From: Macrostomum hystrix
Lineage: Eukaryota > Animalia > Platyhelminthes
Length of the DNA stretch: 64,000 nucleotides
NCBI GenBank assembly: GCA_950097015.1
Contig: CATNEN010000025.1
Coordinates: forward strand, 1,860,001 to 1,924,000
Reading direction: 5' to 3'
Within the stretch, counting starts at the first letter, position 1. Each line of letters opens with the position of its first letter. Of the stretch, positions 13,612-28,733 are shown piece after piece. The position numbers were made by a program, and so were the translations under genes. The notes beneath the pieces were generated by a model that saw only the letters and a list, made by a program, of their open reading frames with translations, was not told the origin of the DNA and did not search any database.

Positions 13612-16388
13612 ATGCGCAACAATTCAAAGCGTCCTCGCCGCGGCGGCTCCCCGCGTTTCTTGGAGCCTTCCAAGGTTGTCTTCGTTCGCGGCATCCTGTC
13701 AAACACCAGCGAACTCGAGGTGCAGCGAGTCTTCGAACAATTCGGCGACGTGAAGTTTGTCTTCCTCATTCCGAAGCAGCACCAGGCTCTGGTTGAATAT
13801 GGCACGATAGCCGATGCCGAGAATATCGTTCGTCGTCACGAGGCCGGCGAGGCCATTACAGTCCGGGACCAACCAGTCGGTCTGAGCTTCTCCAAGCAGG
13901 CGCGCATTACGGATCCAAACAAATTGTACCTGTCCCACGATCCAACTCGCATCCTGCTGTTTACACTGTTCCACATCGAGGTGCAAATCGATTGCGACAC
14001 ATTTCGTCAGATCTGCGGCCGATACGGTCGGTTAATGCGCGTCTGCTTGACTAAGAACGGCATTGACACGCAGGCCATTGTGGAATTCAGCCGGGTTGAA
14101 GAGGCTGCTGAGGCTAAGCCTAATCTTAACGGAGCCGACATCTATGAAAATTGCAACACCCTGCGCGTTGAATACGCCACTGAGATGGTTTTCGATGTAC
14201 TTGCGAGGTTTGTTGCCTTTGCCGCGGATCGGAGCCAACCGAGCACAGACTGGAATCATTTAATTGCACAGTTAACTTTACTTAAATGACGGCCGATGCG
14301 GAATACTTTCTACTTTGCAATGCTTTGGTATTTCTTCAAAATCCATTTTAGGATATTCTTCCCTTATTGGTGACGAACGAAATGGAGATCAAATCGTGTC
14401 CTCCAATCCTCCCACTTACTTAAATGCTTTTCCTAATCTCTTCCCGTATTTTCTAAGGCTGAAAGTTTGGTCGCGACTCTTCGCTAGCAATCATAACTGT
14501 CACCTTTAGTTGACAGCTGGTGGCACAGCAGGATGGAATAAAAGGACACCTCCAATCAGCTGCTGGTCAATCTCTCTCTTCTATCTTCAAAAAGAATTTC
14601 CTTCTAGGTCCCAATATCAACCAATGATTTTCAAAATCACCATAGTCATTATTGCCAAAGCTAGTTTATAGTGTTGTGTAAGTCGCCCTACCACTAGTTC
14701 TTCTTAATCACTGCCAGAGATCCTCGCTCAGTGCTGGACGAATGGCCGATTCGCCGTTCGGATGCCATTGGTAGCGGCGTTGGCGGCGGCGGCGCCGGTT
14801 CCGCCGGTCGCCGTGAACCAATCGGTGCTCGCGGTCGCGCCGGCAGCGGCAGTCATCGGTCTCGAGATCGATCCCGATCGAGGTCGCCGCGATCTCGCTT
14901 TAACCAGCCGGCATTGCCGGGAAATTCTTCCACGATTCGACGTCGGCATTCTCGCTCGCCGCCGCCTCGCGACTCATCCGGAGGCGGCAATCGCGAAGTT
15001 GTGTCGAACCTGATTGGCCTGGCTAGTCAGCTGTCAGATTTGCGAGTGCCCGGCTTGGACACGCGCGGCATTATGCAGTACCTCCAGGCGGCTGCCGCAG
15101 CGGCCGCCGTAGCTGACCAACGCGGTGACATTCGCGGCCGCGGCGCCAGCGGTAGTCATCGGCGAAACAGTCGCAGTCCATCGCGCAGTCGCGACCGTGC
15201 CGGACGTGGCGGTGGCGGCGGCGACTCCGCTGCCAGTCGGGAGCATCACCACGGAATCGGGCATCAGCCAGCGACGGCTGGAGCTATTCTGTTCTTGTGC
15301 GGCCTGAGCGACAGGATGAACTGTGACCGCCTGTTTAACCTGCTCTGCATGTACGGCAATGTGCGTCTTGTAAAGTTCTTTGCCAGCAATACTAACCAGG
15401 CAATGGTCGAGATGTCTGACAGGTAATTGGCCGCTATTCATATTTTGAATCATAGATTTACTCAAATTGCTTCAAAATTAGTGTAAAAAATATATTTCCT
15501 AACGTCCCACCTTACACTGTACTCTCCTCACACCTGTCCATCAGTTGATTCCCTCTCCTCACACCTGTCCATCAGTTGATTCCCTCTCCTCACACCTGTC
15601 CACCAGTTGATTCCCTCTCCTCACACCTGTCCATCAGTTGATTCTCTCTCCTCACACCTGTCCATCAGTTGATTCCCTCTCCTCACACCTGTCCACCAGT
15701 TGATTCTCTCTCCTCACACCTGTCCATCAGTTGATTCCCTCTCCTCACACCTGTCCATCAGTTGATTCCCTCTCCTCACACCTGTCCATCAGTTGATTCC
15801 CTCTCCTCACACCTGTCCATCAGTTGATTCCCTCTCCTCCTATCCGTACCAAACAGGGCCTCAGCGGACCTGTGTGTTCGGTATTTGCACAATCGCAAAG
15901 TGCTTGGCCGTCGCATGATAGTAGACTACGCTAGGCAGGACTTTCTAAAAAGCACCGAGAACCTCACCAACCTGGCTGACGGTACGCCCAGCGTTAAAGA
16001 CTATTTCGCCAGGGAGCGCAGCCTAAATCGCTTCCTAACACCTGAGAAGGCCAGAAAGAATCACCCAATGGAGCCGTGCACCACCGTGTACTTCTGGGGC
16101 GTGCCGCCAGACTCATCGGACAAGGATCTGTTCGGCGTGCTTGAGAGATTCGACGCGCCCCTACCAAAGGAAATAACTTACTTTAATAATCAGGGCATTC
16201 GCAGCGGCCTTATGATGTTCGAGACTGTTCACGAAGCTCTAGACGTTATCTGTCTGGCTAATCACGCCGATATGACTGTTGGCGGCCGGACCTGCATGTT
16301 GAAGCTGACCTTCTCTGAGACTAGGCGTGCTCAGCACTCTGGCGCCGACCGGAACGGCGGCGGTCGCGGCGGAAAGCGTCGACCCTGA
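13612..16388 (+). CDS. HNRNPL: Heterogeneous nuclear ribonucleoprotein L-like (4 RRMs; RS/RG-rich linker)
   Basis: join(13612..14207,14718..15422,15857..16388), both introns phase 2 and GT-AG. RRM1 PSKVVFVRGI; RRM2 ILLFT..QAIVEF..LNGADIYENCNTLRVEYA; RRM3 MNCDRLFNLLCMYGNVRLVKF..QAMVEMSD; RRM4 PCTTVYFWGVP. These match the hnRNP L family pattern. Confidence 0.88.
15522..15840 (+). repeat. 31-bp minisatellite (ctctcctcacacctgtccatcagttgattcc) x10 in hnRNP L intron 2
   Basis: Period 31 measured directly (CAG at 15542, 15573 ... 15821). It ends 16 bp before the true acceptor at 15855-15856. Confidence 0.97.
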
Positions 16389-17133
16389 ACTTGACTCGGG
16401 TCCGTCTGTCCGTGCAAATACTCCTTTGTCTAATAATTTTAGACGAGTTTTAGACTATTGTAGACTAATTGTAATAAAACAGCAGTTAATTGTTGTCTGT
16501 TAGTTTTCGTCAGATTCTGCCGATGTTAGAAACTATCAGGAGGTATATAGCAACCAGTAGCTTAACTGGTCATGAACCGGGTTGAGAATAGGAGGCTTAC
16601 TGTTTAGAAAGTTGTAGTGCGGGCTTGTTTAAATCGTCCTGCTAATCAATTATTATGCATATGATTCAATTCGCTGAAGCTTCTTAATAAGTTTATATTT
16701 AGTTTTCTATAAGTATGTTACGTCACATTTTTTCCTTGCATCCTAATGGAATAATTAGGATTGAAAAAAATACGGAATAATATACATTGTTGTGCGAATG
16801 TATGTTTAAGCAAAACTAAAATTCAAATTATCCGTGTTAAAATCACTAACTTTGTTTCGTTATACGAAAAATAAATTAATTTATATTTTTAACGTTATAA
16901 TAATTATTCCTTGCTTTTAAATTTATCTTTTAGCAGTAGCAGCATAATGAAAACTATAAACAAAATAATAATAATACTGTTTCATGTCTAACAGCTTGTT
17001 TATCGCTGCATTCTCAAGTTTGTTCTGAATTAGTTTTTTGTCATTTCATTTTAATGAATATAAATAATTTCTAGTACAATCTTTTTGGCTCTTTCAGGCA
17101 GGTTGGCATATTTGACTTCCTCTCTAGGCAGTG

Positions 17134-17368
17134 GGGTTGTAGCCTACTTGGTAAAGCGTCGGACTCACGAATATTACAAGGTCGGGGGTTCGATTCCTGA
17201 CTCCACTGGAGCAATTTGTATGTCTTAGCAAGACTCTCCAACTCTGCATTGCTTCAGTTTACACAGGTAGTTGAGGTTGGGTGTGACGTCCAACCAGTCC
17301 ATGGATTGAACAGCCATACGTAGCCTTAAGATCCACAGTAGATTCGGCTGTGCTGTCGGCTGCACATA
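17134..17368 (+). mobile_element. SINE family 1 copy
   Basis: Same head (gttgtagcc...ggttcgattcc), central block and 3' block as 5384-5655, more diverged. Confidence 0.8.
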
Positions 17369-17392
17369 TTATTATTATTGTAATCCTCAATT

Positions 17393-17995
17393 TCTAGGGC
17401 AGGGTGACATTTTTATGACTTGCATCACAGCCTTCTAGGGCGGGGTGACATTTTTATGACTTCCATTCTAGGGCAGGGTGACATCTTTATGACTTCCTAT
17501 CTAGGGCAGGGTGACATTCATATGACTTCCCTTCTTGGGCAGGGTGACATCTTTATGACTTTCTATCTAGGGCAGGGTGACATCTTTATGACTCCCCTTC
17601 TTGGGCAGGGTGACATCTTTATGACTTCCCTTCTAGGGCAGGGTGACATTTTTATGACTTCCTATCTAGGGCAGGGTGACATCTTTATGACTTCCCTTCT
17701 AGGGCAGGGTGACATCTTTATGACTTCCTATCTAGGGCAGGGTGACATCTTTATGACTTCCTATCTAGGGCAGGGTGACATCTTTATGAATTCCCTTCTA
17801 GGGCAGGGTGACATTTGTATGACTTCCCTTCTAGGGCAGGGTGACATCTTTATGACTTCCCTTCTAGGGCAGGGTGAAATCTTTATGAATTCCCTTCTAG
17901 GGCAGGGTGACATCTTTATGACTTCCCTTCTAGGGCAGGGTGAAATCTTTATGACTTCCTTTCTAGGGCAGGGTGACATTTTTATGACTTTCCTT
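17393..17995. repeat. 33-bp minisatellite (ctagggcagggtgacatctttatgacttccctt) x~18
   Basis: Directly visible; the 11-aa periodicity of ORF 17420-18004 is a consequence of it. Confidence 0.97.
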
Positions 17996-18013
17996 ATTAT
18001 CTAGTGTATATAG

Positions 18014-21352
<3,339 letters not shown>

Positions 21353-21993
21353 AAGTGCATCGGAAATAGCTAGGCGACAAAAACAGCACTCGCATTGGCG
21401 AGATCAACAATTACTGTAATTATTTTTTAATATAAAAGTGCATATAAAACTTCCTACTAATCAGTACGAGTATTATTACTACTCTGTTGTTGCCTCCTTT
21501 GCACCTCTAGTTAACCCGTCTGCTTCCAAATTAACTTTGTCTGTTCAAAATTTACTCAACAAAGCTTGCTAAAGCACTTCTACTTCTACTAATAATAATA
21601 AACTTATATATCATTAATATGATCTCAGCCTTCTATTTAAATAAAATCTTGTCAAACATGCTTGATTTTTTCTTGACTCAAATATGTTTTAATCTCAGAG
21701 CTTTTCTCAAATCCTCAACAATTATTTATACATAAATGGCACCTTTTTGCCAGTGTTTTAATTGCGCCATGAAGCAATCGCATTGACATATCAATCTTGC
21801 TTTATTTGACTCTGCATCAACCTCGTGCTAGCACACTTTTGGCTTCAAATTGACAAACTTTTTTTCTAGATTTTTTCTAATTTTCGCTTTTTATAGTCCC
21901 AAAGTAGTTTGAATTGCATGCAACATACTACTGGTTGTGATTTGATATTATTTAACTTTTTACTGTGTTCATTTTTAGATTTATACTATACGA

Positions 21994-22236
21994 CAGGGGT
22001 AGGCAAACTTATTTGCTGGCGGGCCAAAGAGAGAACCTAAAAGACGACAGCGGGCCGCATTGACTGTATAAATAAGAGATAGGGGAGAGATGAGACACGG
22101 GAGAGATTAGACACGAGAGCTATGAGACACGGGAGAGATGAAACAGGACACTGTATATGTCAGAAGGGGCAACGGGCCGGATTTGGGAGCCTCGATGGCC
22201 GCATCTAGCCCGCGGGCCGGAGTTTGCTGACCCCTG
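21994..22236 (-). mobile_element. 243-bp hAT-type MITE
   Basis: TIR CAGGGGTAGGCAAACT / AGTTTGCTGACCCCTG; perfect 8-bp TSD CTATACGA (21986-21993 and 22237-22244). Confidence 0.93.
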
Positions 22237-22301
22237 CTATACGAGCTAGAGGAATATTTTTGTTACAACTCTCTTCCACGTGTATGTGCATCAGACAGCA
22301 C

Positions 22302-22480
22302 AGCCGCAACTATTGCGCGGCGCATCTGAAGGCTGCGTACGGCTGTTCAGTCCATGGACTGGACAGTAAAAAGCAGTAATTACTTTCTGATGGGCCAGAT
22401 TATTATTTATACTAAAGGACCAAATTTGTTGCCGTTGAGTCAGGAATCGAACATCTGACCTTAAAGTAACAGCATCAGCC
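22302..22480 (-). mobile_element. SINE family 1 copy (3' block well conserved, head degraded)
   Basis: Reverse complement of the gtccatggactgaacagccgtacgcagcc...ctgtc block. Confidence 0.75.
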
Positions 22481-22791
22481 ATTAACTTGATATTAATTTT
22501 TAAACGTGCCTGTTTTTCTGAAATTAGTCACTTTCAACAGCACATCACCAAACATCACAAACCTTTTATAGTGTTTTTATATCCATGATCAACAGTTGGC
22601 TAATTAATCAGTAAATTTTCTCCTTTGAACACAAATATATTCGTATTTTATTTCTCGATTTATGTGTGCAATTTTTTAGTTGAAACACAGTTTGTTCTTG
22701 TTGTTACTATATCATTTAAGCAAAATTAAAATAAACTTTAAAACAAACAAACAACTTAAGTTTTTATGGATACTATTTCAGGTTTTATCCA

Positions 22792-24256
22792 ATGTACGGT
22801 GGTGGTGGCTTTCACTATGGCTCAATGGGCTATCACCATCCTCTGCAACAGCAGCATCAGCAGCAGCGCCAGCATCATCAGCAGCAGCGCCAGCATCATC
22901 GAAGCCCGGCAAATCATATTAGTGGTGTTAGCAATGGCGGTGTGAATCGTTACCATAGCAACCAGCGTGGCCATCGGCAAAATCAATTTGTAAATCACCG
23001 AGCTGCCAATGCCAAGTCTTCCCATGACAGGCGTCGCTTCATTCAACAGGTTGCTGTAACAGCAGCTAACAATGCTTATCAGCAGCAGCGGCAGCAGCAG
23101 CTCAGCCCGCACATGTTGACACCAGCGGAGGCCGCCGCTACAGCCTATGCCGACTTCAACTCCGGCCGCATCTGGCAGCTGTTTGTTGAGAAGCGCCAGA
23201 CTGATGCAACCTACGAGCGGAAGCTGCGGCTTAGAGATGCCCTGCTGTCCATTGTGTCATCCGCCTTTCCGTCTGCCGGCATTTACATTGTGGGCTCCTC
23301 TATGAACGGCTTTGGTACGGATACCACCGACTTAGACCTGTGCCTCATGTTAACTAGCGAAGAGCTGCACCAGAAGCATGAGGCCACAGCGGTGCTGACT
23401 GCTATGCTCAAACCGCTGAGAATGTGCCGCTTTCTTAGCAATGTCATGCTGATTAATGCTAAAGTGAGCATACGCCACTTATTTAATACTTGTTCATTGT
23501 TTGCGCTCCAATTCACCTAATGACTATTTTATTAGCTAACTAACTATGCATATCACAATAACAATAACAATACAGGTGCCTATCATCAAGTTTCGCGATA
23601 GTATTAGCGAATTCGAATGCGACCTTAATGTTAACAACAAGATTGGCATCTACAATACGCACCTGATGGCTGCCTACGCAAAATGCGACTGGCGCGTCCG
23701 GCCCCTGGTGATGTTCGTGAAGCTGTGGGCGCAGTCTCTGAGGGTGCATGACGCAAGCCAGGGCCGACTGTCCAGCTACAGTCTGGCCCTGATGACAGTG
23801 CATTACCTGCAGGCCGGCTGCAATCCGCCAGTGCTGCCAAGTCTGCAGGCTGTGTATCCGCAGCTGTTTGACTACAACAGGCCTTACACTGAGATTGACA
23901 TGCGGGTGCAGCTGCCCTGGGAGGAGCTGAGGTCGCAGAACTATCAGAATCTAGGCCAGCTGTTTGCCGGATTCATTCAGTACTACTCAGAGTTCGACTG
24001 GCGCAGCTTCAGTGTCAGCGTTCGGCTGGGCAAGCCGCTGCCAATTCAGCTAGCACTGAAGCTCATATCGCCTCAGGAGCAGCGTGCCGCTTCCAGCTAC
24101 AAGATCTACGTCGAGGAGCCGTTCTCCCTAACCAATGCCGCCAGGTCTGCCTATCGCGACGACATTCTCGCCCAGATCCAGCGAGCCTTTCGAGTCACCG
24201 CCCAGTCGTTGCGCAGTCAGCGAAGCCTGACAGACATCATGAACAATCCGGCCTAA
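22792..24256 (+). CDS. TENT2: GLD-2/TENT2-like non-canonical poly(A) polymerase, copy 1 (Q/H-rich N-terminus)
   Basis: join(22792..23463,23576..24256). Nucleotidyltransferase motif VGSSMNGFGTDTTDLDLC; AKVPIIKF..CDLNVNN; GRLSSYSLALM.HYLQ..PVLPSLQ; PAP-associated VEEPF..NAARS. Confidence 0.88.
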
Positions 24257-24626
24257 TCAGTGCAGGCCGTGGCCAACTCTCTGATCTCTAAAGCCCATTA
24301 TCTTGCTACGCTTCCGTGCCCTTTCGATTGCATTTTTGAGGCCGCTTCACCGCTATCCACATGTCTTTGTGCGTTCCTCTCAGTCTGTGTGTACAGTCAA
24401 TTACAGTATGAATGCATGAAAATCCTGTTGTGATTGTTGCTGTGTATTAACATTCTCTTTTGTTGAATTTTATTGTTTGCAGAACTCTGCCTTGTAAATG
24501 TAAATGTAGAACGGTTGGAATATAATTCTGAATTTGTTTAACCTGCTTCTTTGCTAGTGTTGAGCTTTATTCTACTGTGTTTTTTATTACGTAAGGTTAG
24601 GGCATTTCATATAGACTAAATGATGG

Positions 24627-25062
24627 CGTCCATTGAACATACTGAGGATAGCGTCCATTAAACATACTGAGGATAGCGTCCATTAAACATACTGAGGATA
24701 GCGTCCATTAAACATACTGAGGATAGCGTCCATTAAACATACTGAGGATAGCGTCCATTAAACATACTAAGGATAGCGTCCATTAAACATACTGAGGATA
24801 GCGTCCATTAAACATACTGAGGATAGCGTCCATTAAACATACTAAGGATAGCGTCCATTAAACATACTAAGGATAGCGTCCATTAAACATACTGAGGATA
24901 GCGTCCATTGAACATACTGAGGATAGCGTCCATTGAGCATACTGAGGATAGCGTCCATTGAACATACTGAGGATAGCGTCCATTGAGCATACTGAGGATA
25001 GCGTCCATTGAGCATACTGAGGATAGCGTCCATTGAGCATACTGAGGATAGCGTCCATTGAG
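24627..25062. repeat. 25-bp minisatellite (gcgtccattaaacatactgaggata) x~17
   Basis: Directly visible, with polarised variants (attaaac to attgaac to attgagc). Confidence 0.97.
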
Positions 25063-25180
25063 CCAAGAAAATAGCAGCTAGGTGTCCTTTAGACCTCAGA
25101 GTGGTCTAGCAGTCATGATTTATCGAAATCCGCGCAGTTAATTTACCTAGTCGCACATTTTCAGCTCGAGCGGGGTGGAT

Positions 25181-26648
25181 ATGCAGAGCTACGAGCAGAT
25201 GGCCCTGAGCCAGTATTACGCCTGGAACTCGCTGGCTGATCTCCTGGCCCGGCCGCCGCTCGCTCAAGGCGGCAGCGCCAGCGGCGGAGGAAACTTTAGC
25301 AATTACGGCGGCTTCGGTGGCAGCCGTCAAAGAACCGGCCGGGCCTCGTTAGGGCGCCTCTACGGCGGTGGAACGAAGCGTGGCGGCATCGGACCGGCCT
25401 ACGGAGGCCGCGGCGGCGGCCGTGTGACGCCTAGACCACAGACTATGGACATGTCGCATCCTCCTCCGCCGCCGCCACCTCCACTTCCGCCGCCTCCGTC
25501 GTCTCAGCAACCGTTGCCGCAGCAACAGCAGCCAATAGCAATAACATCTTCGCCTATAGATTCCAATGCAGCTTATGCCGAGTGGAACTCCGGCCGCATC
25601 TGGCAGCTGTTTGTTGAGAAGCGCCAGACTGATGCAACCTACGAAAGGAAGCTGATGCTCAGGGACGCCCTGCTGTCCGTCGTGTCGTCTTCGTTTCAGT
25701 CGGCCGGCCTCTTTATTGTAGGCTCCTCAATGAACGGATTCGGCACAGACTGGGCTGATCTAGACCTCTGCTTGACTATTAACGATCGTGAGTTGGATCA
25801 GAAACGGGACCAGGTGCTCAATCATCTGCAGCGGCCGCTTTGCCAGTGTCGCTTTATTAAACATGTGGAGCTTATTCGCGCTAAGGTAAGTTAACTTTAC
25901 AGACATTCTAGTAGTCAGGTGTTTGTTAAAGCCCCTTTTAAGTAAAATAAAAACCACATTTCAGGTGTCAATCTTAAAGTTTCACGACACCAAAACCGGT
26001 TTAGACTGCGATTTAAACATTAATAATCCCATTGGAATCTACAATACGCACCTGATGGCTGCCTACGCAAAATGCGACTGGCGCGTCCGGCCCCTGGTGA
26101 TGTTCGTGAAGCTGTGGGCGCAGTCTCTGAGGGTGCATGACGCAAGCCAGGGCCGACTGTCCAGCTACAGTCTGGCCCTGATGACAGTGCATTACCTGCA
26201 GGCCGGCTGCAATCCGCCAGTGCTGCCAAGTCTGCAGGCTGTGTATCCGCAGCTGTTTGACTACAACAGGCCTTACACTGAGATTGACATGCGGGTGCAG
26301 CTGCCCTGGGAGGAGCTGAGGTCGCAGAACTATCAGAATCTGGGCCAGCTGTTTGCCGGATTCATTCAGTACTACTCAGAGTTCGACTGGCGCAGCTTCA
26401 GTGTCAGCGTTCGGCTGGGCAAGCCGCTGCCAATTCAGCTGGCTTTGAAGCTTATCCCAGCGCACGAGCAGCGACTGACTGCCAACACTTACAAGATCTA
26501 CGTCGAGGAGCCGTTTTCCCTCGCCAACGCTGCCAGGTCAGTTCACAGCGACGAAGTTTTCGCCCAGATCCAACAAGCCTTCCGCATCACCGTCCAGTCG
26601 TTGGTCAGTCAGCGAAGCCTGACAGACATCATGAACAACGCTGGCTGA
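25181..26648 (+). CDS. TENT2: GLD-2/TENT2-like non-canonical poly(A) polymerase, copy 2 (RGG- and Pro-rich N-terminus)
   Basis: join(25181..25885,25965..26648); same intron position as copy 1; VGSSMNGFGTDWADLDLC; a TTTTCAG acceptor at 25164 precedes the ATG. Confidence 0.88.
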
Positions 26649-28219
26649 ACACTGACACTGTTTGTTATGATTTACTATTGCCTTCATATCCTATGTGTCA
26701 TTCTCTCGCCAACATCCGAGCTTGATTGCCGAGTCTGCTTCACGTTTTGATGCATTGAACTGTTTTGGAACTGTCTCTATTAGTGTCCTTGCGATCTGCG
26801 TTACATTTTTGGTTCCTGACACCTGTCTGGCAGTTTTTTTGCTTTTTACCCGCTAAAAAATAGGGATGTTTCTTTGGGTGATTCCAGTTGGAATCTGCGG
26901 TGTTTCCAGAAAAAGAAACAGCCGAACGCTGGAAACATACCAATCGGATGATTCCATGCTTAGAATCTACCCAACTGGGCGTTTTCTCTGTGCTTCTTAG
27001 TGGCGAAATGGAATCACCCAAAGAATCCTCCAGTTCGGAAGATTCCATGCTCAGAAACCGCCGAGGAATCGCCCGTAAATAATTCTCTGGTTGTCCCATG
27101 GGCCACTGGTTCGGGTGATTCTTCGGCGGTTTCCGCACAATTTACGGTTACATCGGCTGCTTCCTGGGTGGTTTCTTTAACTCTTGCGAGATAGGGGGGA
27201 TTTTGGTAGATTCCACTCCTATTTTGCACAAAAACCCGCCGAAGAAGCAGCCGAAATTTTTACAGGGTATTTTTGTGTTTTCACGCGCTTTCATTTCAGC
27301 TTTATCTTGTTTTACTTTTTTTGCCAATTAATTTAGCCCTTGGAGGGGCAGAATTATCCGTTTTAAACTTGTCTACTTCATCCAGTACGGGTATCCGCCA
27401 TTTTATTTTGCCGAGCGCATTTATTGGTTTTTCAGTTTGCATTTTGTTAGGTCAATTGGCGCATCTTTGTGTTTATTACGAATGACTGGGTACATTTGAA
27501 AGTTTGTAGCGCCAGCAAGATATGTACTAGATTCGGTGTGCAATTTCATCTTGTGTAGTCCGAATCGGCATTTTTTCATTTGTTTTACTAATTAGAATCT
27601 TACTTTTCTTTTTTTAGTGTTCTTATCGGCTTTCTTTTATTCATTTTTTCTAGCCAATATTGATCCTGGCTTAACACACTTTTAATGCCTGCTTCCCTTG
27701 TCTGTAGTCTTTTAAAAACAAAAAACACAAAAACAATGCCTAGAAACAGCTAAACAAAAGAAAAAAAATAAACAAAACCCAACAAAACGGTTTTTCGTCC
27801 TTTCAAGATGCGTGCGACAAGCTAACTGGCATATATATTTTGCCGCGAACTAAATCTGTACCGCTGATCGTCGTCCATTCTTACATGCACCTGTACCACA
27901 TTCAGAACATTGTTTCCTAATCTATCATTTTTTAGAGAAGCATATATCCTTTTCCCATTTCGAAGTCAGCTTACAATGAGACTTGTCATTCTGAAATAAA
28001 GAAAAATGTGTATTATGCACACCTCATCTGCCTCCCTGCCTCAGTGGCCCGCACAATTATTTTTCTGTTTTAAAAAGTGACAGCAAACAAAACATACAAC
28101 AACCAATCTGCCACCAACAGTTTTCAACTACCAAAGTTTGTTATTTGTGTCTTATTCTGTTACTTCTTTTGGAACGAGTCTACTGCTGTGGATAGGCGAT
28201 AGATTCTGTTTAGATTATC

Positions 28220-28683
28220 CTCCTTCAGGGATAATCTGTTTAAAACTCCTTCAGGGATAATCTGTTTAGAACTCCTTCAGGGATAATCTGTTTAGAACTC
28301 CTCCTTCGGGGTATAATCTGTTTAGAACTCCTTCAGGGATAATCTGTTTAGAACTCCTTCAGGGATAATCTGTTTAGAACTCCTCCTTCGGGGATAATCT
28401 GTTTAGAACTCCTTCAGGGATAATCTGTTTAGAACTCCTCCTTCAGGGATAATCTGTTTAGAACTCCTCCTTCAGGGATAATCTGTTTAGAACTCCTCCT
28501 TCGGGGGATAATTTGTTTAGAACTCCTCCTTCGGGGGATAATCTGTTTAGAACTCCTCCTTCAGGGATAATCTGTTTAGAACTCCTCCTTCAGGGATAAT
28601 CTGTTTAGAACTCCTCCTTCAGGGATAATCTGTTTAGAACTCCTCCTTCGGGGGATAATTTGTTTAGAACTCCTCCTTCGGGG
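28220..28683. repeat. 26-30-bp minisatellite ((ctc)ctccttcagggataatctgtttagaa) x~17
   Basis: Directly visible; it ends about 40 bp before the acceptor upstream of PRPF38A. Confidence 0.97.
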
Positions 28684-28733
28684 GTTTCGGAGAATTTCAA
28701 TCAGGTAATTTATTTGTTAATTTCAGTCCTCGC

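Noticed and set aside
17420-18004. 194-aa ORF with 11-aa repeats (MTSLLGQGDIF)
   Set aside because: Translation of a 33-bp minisatellite; no splice or domain support.
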